64,000 nucleotides of DNA, taken from the sequence record MN871440.1; one strand, 5' to 3'. The notes beneath the pieces were generated by a model. That model ran no database searches. It saw only the letters and a program-made list of their open reading frames with translations, and was not told the DNA's origin. Position numbers and translations under genes: made by a program. Within the stretch, counting starts at the first letter, position 1; every line of letters begins with the position of its first letter. Of this stretch, positions 46,989 through 61,052 are shown one piece after another.

Positions 46989-47195
46989 TTATCTAATACT
47001 CTGTAGGAAGCGCACACGCTGACTTTCATCGAGAGTCGATAGGAACGCACGGGTCTTGGAGATACCATCAACCAAGCGCGATTCACGCAGCATACGAGCT
47101 TCTTCTAGACGCTCTTTCTCTTTCTGTTCTGGACTCTTGTTAAGAATACGCTCAGAGATCAGAGTCGTGATATGATCGGTGTTATACATTGACAT
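46989..47195 (-). CDS. small hypothetical late protein
   Basis: AAGGA RBS, follows gp24. Confidence 0.65.
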   Translation of the reverse strand: MSMYNTDHITTLISERILNKSPEQKEKERLEEARMLRESRLVDGISKTRAFLSTLDESQRVRFLQSIR

Positions 47196-47206
47196 TTTTG
47201 TTTTCC

Positions 47207-48385
47207 TTATTCTACAACGACTGGGGTTAGTCGTACAAACACACTGCGATTAGCCGCTTTCTGCCAGTCCTCGCCATTCGGTTTTGCACCTTGAGCAACA
47301 TCAGCATAATCTGGGAAGCAGCTCAAAGCATAACGACTAATAACACCAACAACTGGCTGAATTGCACCCGGTTCTGATGTCACCAAGAAAGTACCAGCTT
47401 CATCTTCTTCTTGATAAGGGGAATAGAATACTCCACTCGCATTATCCATACTATCTGGGCCACCATCTACTTTTGTACCAACCATGAAATAATCGACAAT
47501 AGCGTTACCATCCATGATCAATTTCATTTTGGTACCTTTAATAAAACCAGAATCGTCAACTTGACCACTGCCACGAATAATACCGGCAACTTTGAAACTC
47601 GCAACCAAATAAGTTGCTTCAAATGATGTCCACCATTCAACTTCGGCAGCCATACGACAAGCTTTGCTAATGATCTCACGACCTTGGAAATATGTTGTCT
47701 CATAGTTGATAAGGTTCAATTCTTTCTCTTTACTACTAACACAAATAAGCTTAGAAACAATATCGCTGTTTACTTCTTCCGAGATTGCAGTTGCCAATAG
47801 ATCCTCGATTGCATCATTAGAGTTAAGATGCTCACGCTCCATATCTTGCAGCATTTCGATTGTAATCGGACATTTCATCTTTCTAGCGCGAACCAGAGCA
47901 GACCAACGATTCAAAGTAAATCTGACTTCTGGGACAACTTCTTGTCCATCTTGTTCGTTTGCATAATCAATTCCATCAGCAAGTAGACGCAGATTACCGC
48001 GAATCATCGCACGATGATAATCTTCTTCTATTGTGAAACCAGTAACATAATCACCAGCCTGCAATACTTCAAACGCATAACCATTAAATTGAAATTGATC
48101 TCCAACATTTTGAACATTTGATGGATCCGGTAGACTTGAATATCCAATTTTATAGATACCGCCATGTGTACGGTGATCCAGTTGAGTATCATATAATGAT
48201 CCATCTTTCGCAACGTAGTCCAAACGCATCCCATATACAGTAGCAAGTGGTTGTTTTGTTGGCTGGATCGATACCAATTCTTTGTAAATCTTTTCTTGTG
48301 TTTTTCTAGTCAATGCGACCAGAGTAGGACGTCCAGATTCAATGCTTGATGCACCACTAGACTCCATAATAAGATCTTTTAGCAT
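47207..48385 (-). CDS. 24: capsid vertex protein
   Basis: GRPTLVALTR..QPTKQPLATVYG..VRARKMK..EEVNSDIV..YSPY..SRYAL. Confidence 0.92.
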   Translation of the reverse strand: MLKDLIMESSGASSIESGRPTLVALTRKTQEKIYKELVSIQPTKQPLATVYGMRLDYVAKDGSLYDTQLDHRTHGGIYKIGYSSLPDPSNVQNVGDQFQFNGYAFEVLQAGDYVTGFTIEEDYHRAMIRGNLRLLADGIDYANEQDGQEVVPEVRFTLNRWSALVRARKMKCPITIEMLQDMEREHLNSNDAIEDLLATAISEEVNSDIVSKLICVSSKEKELNLINYETTYFQGREIISKACRMAAEVEWWTSFEATYLVASFKVAGIIRGSGQVDDSGFIKGTKMKLIMDGNAIVDYFMVGTKVDGGPDSMDNASGVFYSPYQEEDEAGTFLVTSEPGAIQPVVGVISRYALSCFPDYADVAQGAKPNGEDWQKAANRSVFVRLTPVVVE

Positions 48386-48412
48386 TTTAACTCCCTTTGG
48401 GTTTTCTCTGTA

Positions 48413-48419
48413 TATTTAG
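48413..48419 (-). promoter_or_regulatory. late promoter for 24
   Basis: TATTTAG. Confidence 0.8.
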
Positions 48420-48422
48420 ACG

Positions 48423-48453
48423 AAAAAAGGGAGAGCTTGCGCTCTCCCTTCTT
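48423..48453 (-). terminator. terminator after gene 23
   Basis: AAGGGAGAGC-GCAA-GCTCTCCCTTTTTT on minus strand. Confidence 0.85.
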
Positions 48454-48470
48454 ATGTGCTAGATTAGCTA

Positions 48471-50078
48471 TTATACACCAGCAACCAGAACACGACGGAA
48501 GAATGCGTTCTTACCGAACATGTTGGTGTGTTGCGGCATACCGTTGGTGATCTTAGCAAAGCCTTTGTTCTGCATAGAATCAGCCATTGGGTGCAGTTTA
48601 ACACCATAACGAGTCTTGAAGCCCAGAACTGGTTGGAAGTTCTTAGGATCAGTACCGCGCAGTGGGGTCAGAGCAACGTATGGGCAGTAGAACAGACCAG
48701 CGTCCATTTCAGAGCTACCTTTGTAACCAACGGTGAAGTAATCTTCAACAGCGTATTGGTCGATATACACACGATACTTACCAGCCAGAACACCAGCGAA
48801 CAGACTTGAAGTGGTGTCGGTATTCATAGTGGTATTAGCACCTTGAGCAGCCGGAGTAACCATCATGTCGGTGTGACCCAGAGCAGCGGCAACGTTACGA
48901 GAACAGATAATGAAGTTACCTTGTCCACGACCAGTTTGACGAGCGATTTCGTTCGCTTCTTTGTCAATCTGAACTACCAGAGCTTTGTAGCTTTCACCAG
49001 CCCAACGAGCGCCACGGATGTCTTTGGTGTCTTGGAAGTCAAACACACCAGATTTGCCGCCGTGCATGTTGGTCCAGCCAGTCTTACCTACTTTAGCAGT
49101 AGCGTTAATCCACAGAACCATTTCACGGTTGATTTCGTGCATGATTTCGTTAGCCAGAATGCTAGACAGTTCGCTATCAGCGTCCAGACCGTGAACAGCG
49201 CGAAGATCTTGTGCCATTTCGATAGAGTATTGAGCTTTCAGTTGACGAGATTTAGCTTCAACAACTTGTTTGTCAATACGGAAAGACATTTCATTCCACT
49301 CGTTACCGGTAGAACCGTTGAAACCTTGTTGCAATTCAGCAAAAGCGGTAGCCATTGCAGAGCTAGTTTCTACAGCGTAGCCTTGAGCCAGCAGCCATTT
49401 GTAAGCCAGACCAGCTTCAACTTGTTCAGCAGGCAGAGCGTCGATTGCATAGTCCTTGATGAACTGAACAGTCTTGGTACCAGCTTGAACACCAGTAGCA
49501 GCTTCGATGAACAGGTGAGCAAATGCACCGTTAGCGAATGCAGTACCGCGAGCGAATTCAGCGATCTTGACTTGAGCACCACGACCAGAGAAATCAGCGT
49601 CAGGGCTGAATGCTGGGTGGAAAGCTTCGCGAGCGTTAGCGTCTTGTGAGTCGCCGCCGTAGATGGCGCGCAGAGTAAACACTTGACCGGTAGAGCTGGT
49701 CATTGGCTGAACACCGCAAATATCAAACGCAATCAGTTGCGGAATAGCACGACGTACCAGACCCATAACAGCAGGACCGACGTTGGTGATAGAACCAGAC
49801 ATTTCGCCAGAAGCGATTTTGATAGCATCGTAACCGTGATCACCACCGATGTTTGCTTCTTGCAGAGCTTTAGCTTCTTCCAGACGACCCTTAACGTCAA
49901 CCATGGAGTTAACAACTACCTGATCAGTATACACACCACCTTCGTTATGTGCAATATCTTCATCTTGGTTTTCGAAGATACGAGCGACGATATCTTTGCG
50001 TTGCATAGAAGCAATAGCAGGCATACCTTCACTTTCTACCAGCGGCTGCCATTTTTTCAGGAGAGATTTCTTAGACAT
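48471..50078 (-). CDS. 23: major capsid protein
   Basis: RRAIPQLIAFDICGVQPM, AKSRQLKAQYSIEMAQDLRAVHG, FYCPYV, GFKTRYG. Confidence 0.98.
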   Translation of the reverse strand: MSKKSLLKKWQPLVESEGMPAIASMQRKDIVARIFENQDEDIAHNEGGVYTDQVVVNSMVDVKGRLEEAKALQEANIGGDHGYDAIKIASGEMSGSITNVGPAVMGLVRRAIPQLIAFDICGVQPMTSSTGQVFTLRAIYGGDSQDANAREAFHPAFSPDADFSGRGAQVKIAEFARGTAFANGAFAHLFIEAATGVQAGTKTVQFIKDYAIDALPAEQVEAGLAYKWLLAQGYAVETSSAMATAFAELQQGFNGSTGNEWNEMSFRIDKQVVEAKSRQLKAQYSIEMAQDLRAVHGLDADSELSSILANEIMHEINREMVLWINATAKVGKTGWTNMHGGKSGVFDFQDTKDIRGARWAGESYKALVVQIDKEANEIARQTGRGQGNFIICSRNVAAALGHTDMMVTPAAQGANTTMNTDTTSSLFAGVLAGKYRVYIDQYAVEDYFTVGYKGSSEMDAGLFYCPYVALTPLRGTDPKNFQPVLGFKTRYGVKLHPMADSMQNKGFAKITNGMPQHTNMFGKNAFFRRVLVAGV

Positions 50079-50138
50079 TCTTTTGTTTCCTTATGAAAAA
50101 GTTTTTTGTATTAAAGACAATCATTTGTCATCTGATAA

Positions 50139-50145
50139 TATTTAG
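50139..50145 (-). promoter_or_regulatory. late promoter for 23
   Basis: TATTTAG. Confidence 0.8.
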
Positions 50146-50147
50146 TA

Positions 50148-50942
50148 TCAGATGAAATTCAGATAACCAGCAACTTTCGGGTCAACTTGCGGAGCGGTAG
50201 TTTGTTTATTTTCTACAATCGGCTCAACAGTGGTTTCCGGCTCAACGAAATTAAGATTTTCGTCAATTTGAGCAGCAGGTTGTTCTTGCGGTTTGACCGC
50301 GCTTACCATCTCAACAATGGCAGTCAGCTTATCGGCAAAAGTGTCGCCAAATGCGATACCTTCAGACAGTGACATTACTTTACCTTTTTGAATCTCGGTC
50401 AGATCTTTAGTGGCCTCAGCAACGATTTGATCGCGCTTAATAGTAACAATGCTTTCTTTCAGCTCAGATACTTTATCCAGCGCACCATTCAGTTCTTGAC
50501 GAGCTTCACGGAGTTCTTCTTCCATTTCTGCAACAACGTCAACAGATTCTTCTGGAACAGTTACGTTATGCTCAACGAATACAGCTTTCATTGAACCCAG
50601 CAGAGATTCAAACATTTGAACCTTAATGCCGTTATCAATAGCAATTTTGTTTTCTTCCATCCAAGATTCAACCAGATGATCGAAATATTTAGTTACTTGC
50701 TCGGAAAGCTTTTCGACTTTCTCAGCAGATTTTTCTTCAACCAGACGATCAGCTTCTTCCGCGATTTGCGCAACATGTGATTCAGCCAGTTTTACGGCGT
50801 TTTCCTTTACAACCGATTCGAAAACAGTGCTGAACTTGGCCTTAACTTCGGGTGCCAGTTCAACAGACTCGAAAATGCTGTCCAGTTCAACACCAAGGGT
50901 AATAGTCTTTGCTTCGGAAAGCAGTTGGTCTTTGATAGACAT
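50148..50942 (-). CDS. 22: prohead core scaffold protein
   Basis: ELDSIFESV..WMEENKIA..FVEHNV..VVAEMEEEL. Confidence 0.95.
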   Translation of the reverse strand: MSIKDQLLSEAKTITLGVELDSIFESVELAPEVKAKFSTVFESVVKENAVKLAESHVAQIAEEADRLVEEKSAEKVEKLSEQVTKYFDHLVESWMEENKIAIDNGIKVQMFESLLGSMKAVFVEHNVTVPEESVDVVAEMEEELREARQELNGALDKVSELKESIVTIKRDQIVAEATKDLTEIQKGKVMSLSEGIAFGDTFADKLTAIVEMVSAVKPQEQPAAQIDENLNFVEPETTVEPIVENKQTTAPQVDPKVAGYLNFI

Positions 50943-50968
50943 TTTAATTCCTCTTGTTGTTATACATA

Positions 50969-50975
50969 TATTTAG
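50969..50975 (-). promoter_or_regulatory. late promoter for 22
   Basis: TATTTAG. Confidence 0.8.
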
Positions 50976-51622
50976 TTAAGGTTTTTTAACGCTTCCGCCA
51001 ACGCCAAGAAAGAAGTATTGTTGTCAATTTTCTTTTCCTCTGGTTGAACCGAAACAGATTCCACAACTGGCTTAACATAAGCATTCGGCGCACTTGGGCC
51101 CCAAACAACGTCAACGCCAACAGTTAATCTAAATCCCTCTTGAACTTCATTAATCCCATAAGCATTCGCTTTGACAGAACCCAAACCGCGAGAACTTACG
51201 CCGGGAATCCAACCAGCTCGAATTAGAGCGGCAGTTTTATCTCCCTCAGCAAAGTCACCCTCAATAATGCGAGCGCGTCCCCAAACGTCATTACCGCGCA
51301 TTTCAAGCTTCTCGATAATAATCGCAGCATGTAGCGGGTCTACGTTTGCGCGAGCTGGGTGATTAAGTTCGCCCAACGCTTGCTTGGTATTAACTTGTTC
51401 TTTGATATATTTAGCGACGGCTTCCTGTAGAACTTTTTTTGGATATAGGCGCTTGTTACCATTAATAACTTCTGCCTGCATAAAAGTCCCTTCGATATAA
51501 AGTTTGCCGTCACGTTCAATTGATTCTGCTACAATGTTGGGCTCGCCGAGATTGCCAACGCAACCCCAGTTTTCAACTAGCAAGCTACCGCCATTTTCAA
51601 CTAAGATATCTTGTGGTCCCAT
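50972..51622 (-). CDS. 21: prohead protease
   Basis: LYIEGTFMQA..NKRLYP..ALGELNHP..GVSSRGLGS..DVVWGPSAP. Confidence 0.97.
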   Translation of the reverse strand: MGPQDILVENGGSLLVENWGCVGNLGEPNIVAESIERDGKLYIEGTFMQAEVINGNKRLYPKKVLQEAVAKYIKEQVNTKQALGELNHPARANVDPLHAAIIIEKLEMRGNDVWGRARIIEGDFAEGDKTAALIRAGWIPGVSSRGLGSVKANAYGINEVQEGFRLTVGVDVVWGPSAPNAYVKPVVESVSVQPEEKKIDNNTSFLALAEALKNLN

Positions 51623-51627
51623 AATAT

Positions 51628-52104
51628 TTATAGTCCCATTTGATCGCGTTTTTTCATTGCCTTTTTCTGCTTACGAACAGCTTTCCGAGTAATACTTGGG
51701 TGTGAGCGTTTTGTTTTCGCAGCTTTTCTGGCAATTTGACGACGAGCAGACTTTGACAAACCAGTGGTTTGAGTTGCTTGACGTTCGCGAGTTTGACGAT
51801 CCTTAATACGTGATACGATACCAAGAGCATTTACGCGCTTAACGATTGTCTCTTGAATATCTTCTTCTGCTTCATTAATAGAAAGCATAGCCAGAGCATC
51901 AATTGCTTCATCTGTATTTAGCATGTTTTCCAAAACAATTTCGACGGAATCGCCTAGAATGTTTTTCATTTCGGCAAGTTTAGTGGCTAAATGTGGCTTA
52001 TGTGCCTCAACCAAACTTGCAAGAATATCAAGCTCCTCGTCCGATTCAATAATTCGACCTTGCAAGGAAGCTTTCCATTTTGCTGTCACCTGTTCTATTG
52101 ACAT
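51628..52104 (-). CDS. 68: prohead core protein
   Basis: RERQATQTTGLSKSARRQIARKAAKTKR. Confidence 0.92.
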   Translation of the reverse strand: MSIEQVTAKWKASLQGRIIESDEELDILASLVEAHKPHLATKLAEMKNILGDSVEIVLENMLNTDEAIDALAMLSINEAEEDIQETIVKRVNALGIVSRIKDRQTRERQATQTTGLSKSARRQIARKAAKTKRSHPSITRKAVRKQKKAMKKRDQMGL

Positions 52105-52146
52105 TGGTTCACCTCTTTTGTTTTGAGCGGGAAAACCCCGCTCATT

Positions 52147-52308
52147 TTATTCGTCGCCGTTGTAATCGGACATAGGCGCAGTTTGTGCGGCAATTTCATT
52201 GCGGCGTTGCTGAACTGCTAGTGCGGTTCTTGCCGACATTTCATCACCAAATGCAGCTTTAGCAGCTACAAAGTCGCCGCTTTCTACGGCTTTCATAAAC
52301 TCATTCAC
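52147..52308 (-). CDS. 67: prohead core protein (53 aa)
   Basis: MNEFMKAVESGDFVAAKAAF..RRNEIA; between 20 and 68; below track cutoff. Confidence 0.85.
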   Translation of the reverse strand: MNEFMKAVESGDFVAAKAAFGDEMSARTALAVQQRRNEIAAQTAPMSDYNGDE

Positions 52309-53874
52309 TTAAAATTCCTCCATCGGATCTTCTGGGTTTTTATAAACCGAATCATCTTTCTCAACGTCGATCTTTTCACGCTCAGTCTTAATATCTTCGT
52401 CACTCATACGCAGAATATTTTTCATCACGTATTCATGCGACAGATATTTACCGGTTACTTCGGCAGACGCCAGAGTTTGTACCAAGTTGACACGACGCTC
52501 CAGAATTTCAACGTCTTTAATTTCTTCATAATACGAATCTTTAGAGAAAACAACTCTGATGTTTTCTGCCTCATCGTCCCATTCCATTTCACTCATTTTG
52601 CCTTTCAGCAATAGATTTGTTTTTAATGGGTTCAGGAAAATAGGTTCAAACTGTTGTTGTAGTCCACGAACATATTTAGTGAACTGTAATTCGTCGCGAG
52701 TAATATCACTACCAGCGCCAAACGTCATGCCGGCACCTTCTTGTGGCAAACGACTAAGTGGGATTTTCATCGATTCGTACAGTTTGCGATTGAACCAACG
52801 AACGTCATCCATTTCACCCATAGATTGCGCACCAGGCAGCGTAGAAACCTCTGTGGTCGCTTTGCCGTCTCGACGCATCAACCAGTAGTCTTCTGTCATG
52901 GCCAAGTTGTTAGAGCTGTTTTTGACCTTACCTGTAGCACTGTCATAAACAACGCGATTCTTTAGCCCCTGCATAACGTTATTTAGATGTTGTGTGGCTT
53001 TCTTGTTTGGCATGGTGCCTACATCGATATAAAACACACGACGCTCAGGAGCGCGAGTAATACGATAAATTACCATCGCATCTTCCAGCATTTTAAGCTG
53101 GTTCGCTGGCTTAATTACGTTATGCAGATATCCGACGATTGTTTTACCATCGATATCAACTTTACCGCTATGAGCATACACAATCGCATTCAGTGGGATG
53201 TTTACCAGTGAGTTTGTGCTGCCTTGAATATTATATCGAGCATCTTCGGATGCGCCATATGTAAAGAACTCTTTTACGCCTTTATAAACATCACGTCCTT
53301 TCTCATTGGATTTCAGATTGACTCTGTAATATTCTACGTTGCGAGGATCGAGCAATCGAAGTTCTTTAATACCATCTTTCGGCTTTTCGGGGTCGATCAT
53401 TTTATGAAAATAGATTCGACTATCCACATACCAACGTCTAAAGTGACGCTTACCTTCGCGTTCGAACTTCAACAACTTCAAAATGGTACGAAATTCTTCG
53501 CGAACCATTTCTTTTACAGCTTCCGTCCACTCAGTCTTATCCAGATCGAGATAAACGGTGTCGCGATTGTCCTCTTGAACAACGGCGTCATTAATAATTT
53601 CGTCAATCGCATTATCAACCTCGTGATATTTAGACAAGCTACGATATTGGTTAATAAGCTCTTTTGTATTCTGAATTTTCGGGGCATACCCGATTACGGA
53701 TTGAACGAGTGCCATTTTTGGCGCAGTTGTATCAATCTGTCTGTCAAATTCGATAGCGCCATCGGCGTTATCCGGTACCGCGAACGAGTCAATGCGATCT
53801 GAAATGTCGGTTTCTACACGCTTTTGATCATCTTTCGTCCACGGACTTAAAAGTTTAAGAAAAAGTTCGTTCAT
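52309..53874 (-). CDS. 20: portal protein
   Basis: NQLKMLEDAMVIYRITRAPERRVFYID, EDYWLMRRDG, EVSTLPG. Confidence 0.98.
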   Translation of the reverse strand: MNELFLKLLSPWTKDDQKRVETDISDRIDSFAVPDNADGAIEFDRQIDTTAPKMALVQSVIGYAPKIQNTKELINQYRSLSKYHEVDNAIDEIINDAVVQEDNRDTVYLDLDKTEWTEAVKEMVREEFRTILKLLKFEREGKRHFRRWYVDSRIYFHKMIDPEKPKDGIKELRLLDPRNVEYYRVNLKSNEKGRDVYKGVKEFFTYGASEDARYNIQGSTNSLVNIPLNAIVYAHSGKVDIDGKTIVGYLHNVIKPANQLKMLEDAMVIYRITRAPERRVFYIDVGTMPNKKATQHLNNVMQGLKNRVVYDSATGKVKNSSNNLAMTEDYWLMRRDGKATTEVSTLPGAQSMGEMDDVRWFNRKLYESMKIPLSRLPQEGAGMTFGAGSDITRDELQFTKYVRGLQQQFEPIFLNPLKTNLLLKGKMSEMEWDDEAENIRVVFSKDSYYEEIKDVEILERRVNLVQTLASAEVTGKYLSHEYVMKNILRMSDEDIKTEREKIDVEKDDSVYKNPEDPMEEF

Positions 53875-53892
53875 TAATATCTCCTCTCATAT

Positions 53893-53899
53893 TATTTAG
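53893..53899 (-). promoter_or_regulatory. late promoter for 20
   Basis: TATTTAG. Confidence 0.8.
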
Positions 53900-53947
53900 T
53901 TGTCTCGAAAAGAGACATTAATGAACGGGGATTTCTCCCCATTCTTA

Positions 53948-54436
53948 TTATTGCCACCAGTCCAGAGACAGAGTGACCTCGAAGGTTTCGACTTCGTTAT
54001 TCTGATCCCAAGACAACGCGATTTCTGCGATGTTGGTTGGCCAAATACCATATGCGGTATATTGACGAGTTTGCTTACCCTTACGGTCAAGCTGACGGAC
54101 TGTAGCTTCTTTCTTATATGAAGCAGGTGCTTCGCCAAGAATATTGCGGTCGAGAGCTTGTGCAAGGTTTTGCCATTCAATAAATTGCTGGCGAGTATTA
54201 TGTGCTTCGTCGTTGTAAACGGTGATTGTCCAATCTTCGAAAGTACGATCTCCAGCAAGCTTCATTTTTTTATTCTGATAGCTTACAGGAACTGGTTCAA
54301 CTACGCCGGGAGGCATAGATGCGCCTTTACATTTGAATTTGAAATCTTTACCCAAGAATGGAATTTCAACTTCAAATAGGTTCGGACGAGCGAAATCACC
54401 ATTACTGAATGCACGGGAAATATCCGTGAGTTCCAT
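53948..54436 (-). CDS. 19: tail tube protein
   Basis: GDFARPNLFEV..AGDRTFEDWTITVYND..IWPTNI. Confidence 0.97.
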   Translation of the reverse strand: MELTDISRAFSNGDFARPNLFEVEIPFLGKDFKFKCKGASMPPGVVEPVPVSYQNKKMKLAGDRTFEDWTITVYNDEAHNTRQQFIEWQNLAQALDRNILGEAPASYKKEATVRQLDRKGKQTRQYTAYGIWPTNIAEIALSWDQNNEVETFEVTLSLDWWQ

Positions 54437-54463
54437 TTTGTGTTCCTCTTGTTATACATGAAA

Positions 54464-54470
54464 TATTTAG
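54464..54470 (-). promoter_or_regulatory. late promoter for 19
   Basis: TATTTAG. Confidence 0.8.
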
Positions 54471-54498
54471 AGGGGTCATTTTCAGACCCCTTTATTAA

Positions 54499-56538
54499 TT
54501 ACTGTTGAAAACTACCAACCAATTCGTCAAAATCAGCACCAGTTGATGTTGCTACGAAATTAAGCGTTATATAATTGATAGAGCGAGCTGGTTTAATCAG
54601 AATTGTTGCCACAAATTCATTGCGATCAATAACTCCAGCGGTGTTGTTACTTTCGTCACAGACAACACGGAAATCATAAATGCCACCCAATGAACGAATG
54701 GTGTCCAGATAAGAACCAACCTCAGAACGGAAGCTTGCACGGGTGAAAGCATCGTTTAGTTCAAACAGTTTGTATTTCGCACTTTCGCTAATCGATTTCT
54801 TCAACAGGTTGAACAAACGACGAACGTTGATACGGTCGAACGGTGTTGGTGCTTGGCTCGCAGTCTTATCACCATACAGTGTGTAACCTTGACCAGCAAA
54901 TCCTACGACTGGGTTAATACCATTGGTATACATTTCATCGCGGTGAGCTTGGCGAGTATCTACAGCCAGTTTAATGACGTTTACAATCTGACCACGGTTG
55001 AAACCAGCTGGGGATTGCCATGGTTGACCGATTGTATCGGTACGAGCACACAGACCAGCGATATCAGCAGCAAGAGGAACCCAACGATTTACATCGTTAT
55101 ATTTGTCATATTGGTATTTATAGTTACCGTCAATTGACGCATAAGTGGTACCAATATTCATGTTGTCATCAAGTGCAACACCGGCTTGAGTAACACCGCG
55201 ACGCCAGTCAACCAATTTACGAACGACTGTAGCAGCAGGCTGATTAATCATATATTCACGCGGCGGAGAAATAAGAACCAGACAATCACGACGTTCGTCG
55301 GAAATAGCAACAACTGCTTTTTGTACGGTAGATGCAATCTTAGCACCTTCGCCAGCTACAGAGCCAGCAATCAGCAAGTTAACATCTGTATGCTCACGGT
55401 CAGCAAACATATCCCAGCCTTTCATCCATTCGCCAGCGGTAATATCAGCGTTAGCAGATTGACCACCACCGAAATTCAGAACACCGGTATATCCAACTGG
55501 CCAGCTTTCAGCAACACCTTGAACAAATGCACTATATCCGTTGCCGAAGTATTCGTTAATATGAATGCTTGAGCCGTAGATATCACGCTCACCCGGCTTA
55601 ACACTCAGAACTTTTGATTCAACAGCAACACCGTTATTGAAAACGATGAAAGCGAATTGACTTTCACTCTGAGGTCCGAATTCCAAATAAGAACTTGGAG
55701 TAACGTTGCCGTAATCTAGTCCAGACGGGAAAACTTTTGGGTTGATTGTATTAACACCAACGATCTTACCAGCTTCGTTGAACTTGTAATAATCTTTGTA
55801 CGCAATAATCAGAACGTTCAGATTATCACCGAATGTACCAGCATAACGAGCCGCAATAGCTGGGACTTTCATTTCTTCGCAGATATCGATGAAGGTACGC
55901 TTCAATTCGCTACGCTCGGAAATAGCAGACATTGCATATTCGTCGTTTGGAACATAAATGCTTGAGTCCAGATTGATACCAACAACGGTTGCAGTTGCAG
56001 CTTGACCGGAACCAGGGCCGCCGGCAGCAAACTGAATTTGCCAAGCGTTGTCCAATGCTGGATAATCATTCAATGCTTTCGCTTTAGAAATGATTGCGTT
56101 TGTAGGCACATAGAATGCAACGATACCACCAGATGCGTTAACAACGGTGATTTTACCAGATGCAATTACGTTGCCGCCTTGAAGTACGTTCACAACATCA
56201 CCGACTTTATAATCCACGCCGGGAGAAGTAATATTGTAACTCAGAGATTCGAACAGAGCAGATGAATTTCGGCTCTTAGTTTCGTTTAGAACACGAACAA
56301 CACGTAGATCGTTGCCGTAATTCAAGAAGTTAACCCCACTGAAGAAACTGTCAGCGGTTTGGTCGTCGGGGCGACCAAATTTATCTACTAAGTCAACTTC
56401 GGAGACTGTCTGAGAAATTTGATAAGCTGGGCCCCAGTTGAATTTCCCAACCAGAGCAGCGCGTCCAGTTGAAGATCTTGCAATAGTTGTCTGCAAATTA
56501 ATTTCTTTAGTCTCTACACCCGGAGAAAGTAATGTCAT
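54499..56538 (-). CDS. 18: tail sheath protein
   Basis: MTLLSPGVETKE, WQSPAGFNRG, FDRINVRRLF, KPARSINYI. Confidence 0.98.
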   Translation of the reverse strand: MTLLSPGVETKEINLQTTIARSSTGRAALVGKFNWGPAYQISQTVSEVDLVDKFGRPDDQTADSFFSGVNFLNYGNDLRVVRVLNETKSRNSSALFESLSYNITSPGVDYKVGDVVNVLQGGNVIASGKITVVNASGGIVAFYVPTNAIISKAKALNDYPALDNAWQIQFAAGGPGSGQAATATVVGINLDSSIYVPNDEYAMSAISERSELKRTFIDICEEMKVPAIAARYAGTFGDNLNVLIIAYKDYYKFNEAGKIVGVNTINPKVFPSGLDYGNVTPSSYLEFGPQSESQFAFIVFNNGVAVESKVLSVKPGERDIYGSSIHINEYFGNGYSAFVQGVAESWPVGYTGVLNFGGGQSANADITAGEWMKGWDMFADREHTDVNLLIAGSVAGEGAKIASTVQKAVVAISDERRDCLVLISPPREYMINQPAATVVRKLVDWRRGVTQAGVALDDNMNIGTTYASIDGNYKYQYDKYNDVNRWVPLAADIAGLCARTDTIGQPWQSPAGFNRGQIVNVIKLAVDTRQAHRDEMYTNGINPVVGFAGQGYTLYGDKTASQAPTPFDRINVRRLFNLLKKSISESAKYKLFELNDAFTRASFRSEVGSYLDTIRSLGGIYDFRVVCDESNNTAGVIDRNEFVATILIKPARSINYITLNFVATSTGADFDELVGSFQQ

Positions 56539-56548
56539 TTGTTTTTCC

Positions 56549-60045
<3,497 letters not shown>

Positions 60046-60049
<4 letters not shown>

Positions 60050-60870
60050 GTGTGTTTTAATCCTCTTGGTCCCGGTCCATCCGGAGCGGTTGGAATAGGA
60101 ATATTCTCGCTCATTGTCTCTTTATATTTACCATCCCAATTTTCTTTAGTCGCCGCACGAGGATCAACTTCAAAGTCAACAGACTCGAAATTATCTTCGC
60201 CAGTTTTCAACTCAGTCTTATTAGAGAAGAAATCGAGATAGATTGTCTTGATTTCGCCTTTCAAGTTATTTACCGGCGGATACAACCAGCCATCAAGTTC
60301 AAATGTAATATCCCATTGAATTCGACGTCTCTCGGTTGCTGGCCCCTCTAATTCTTCCGAAATAGAAACGCCTTGAATAGTGATCTGAATATCACGATCA
60401 ACGGGTGTCAACGAGTCGTGCAACTCAGTTATTTTTGTGGTAAAGTTTGGTTGAAAGTATGGCAATATTTGCTCAACAATCTGAAACATGTCATCTTCAA
60501 AGCGAGTAGCGATTGACAACTCAAAAAGATACTTGTATGGTACCGGGTTATTACGAGATACGGTTCCAGCACCAAGCGACTGAGAGCGAACATTGACTCC
60601 AGTCTTGAACATAGGATTGTATACCATGTCAAGCATTTGTAGATTCATTCTCGGTAGAATCGTTTCGATTCTTGCAATTCCATGTTCATCGATGTTGCTG
60701 TTAATGCTATTGAGTTTCATTGCGAACCGCTCTTTACTAGCATAGGTGATGGGTACTTTCTGATAAGAAACTTTCCCGTCTCGTTCGCGAGCGACTTGAA
60801 CGCCGTTGAATAGCTGTCCCATCAAGACGATGTATCTTCTTGATACGCTGTTGTAAAAATATCCAAACAT
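60046..60870 (-). CDS. 15: tail sheath stabilizer/terminator
   Basis: MFGYFYN..VPITYASKE..ILPRM..EQILPYFQP..LDGWLYPP. Confidence 0.96.
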
Positions 60871-60891
60871 TGTTAGACTCCTCTTTATCGT

Positions 60892-60898
60892 TATTTAG
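60892..60898 (-). promoter_or_regulatory. late promoter for 15
   Basis: TATTTAG. Confidence 0.8.
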
Positions 60899-60909
60899 TG
60901 CTTTAGCAC

Positions 60910-61052
60910 TGCGGCAAAGCCGCTCAATCGTGAGAAGAAGAGAAGATAAATTCTCTTATATATCTTTAATGAAGATCTATCTTCTCTTCTCCTTTAATTA
61001 CAATAGGTTAGCTACGCAGTCGCTGACGCGACTTTCTAGGTGAGTATACTAT
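60910..61052 (+). repeat. dispersed hairpin element, copy B
   Basis: GCGGC-AAA-GCCGC; 13-bp IR AGAAGAGAAGATA/TATCTTCTCTTCT; AGTCGC-TGAC-GCGACT; shares two blocks with 22006-22070. Confidence 0.8.

Noticed and set aside
51625-51632. Canonical TATAAATA on the minus strand
   Set aside because: Formed by the gp68 stop codon and only 2 nt from the gp21 ATG, so no room for a leader; not called as a promoter.
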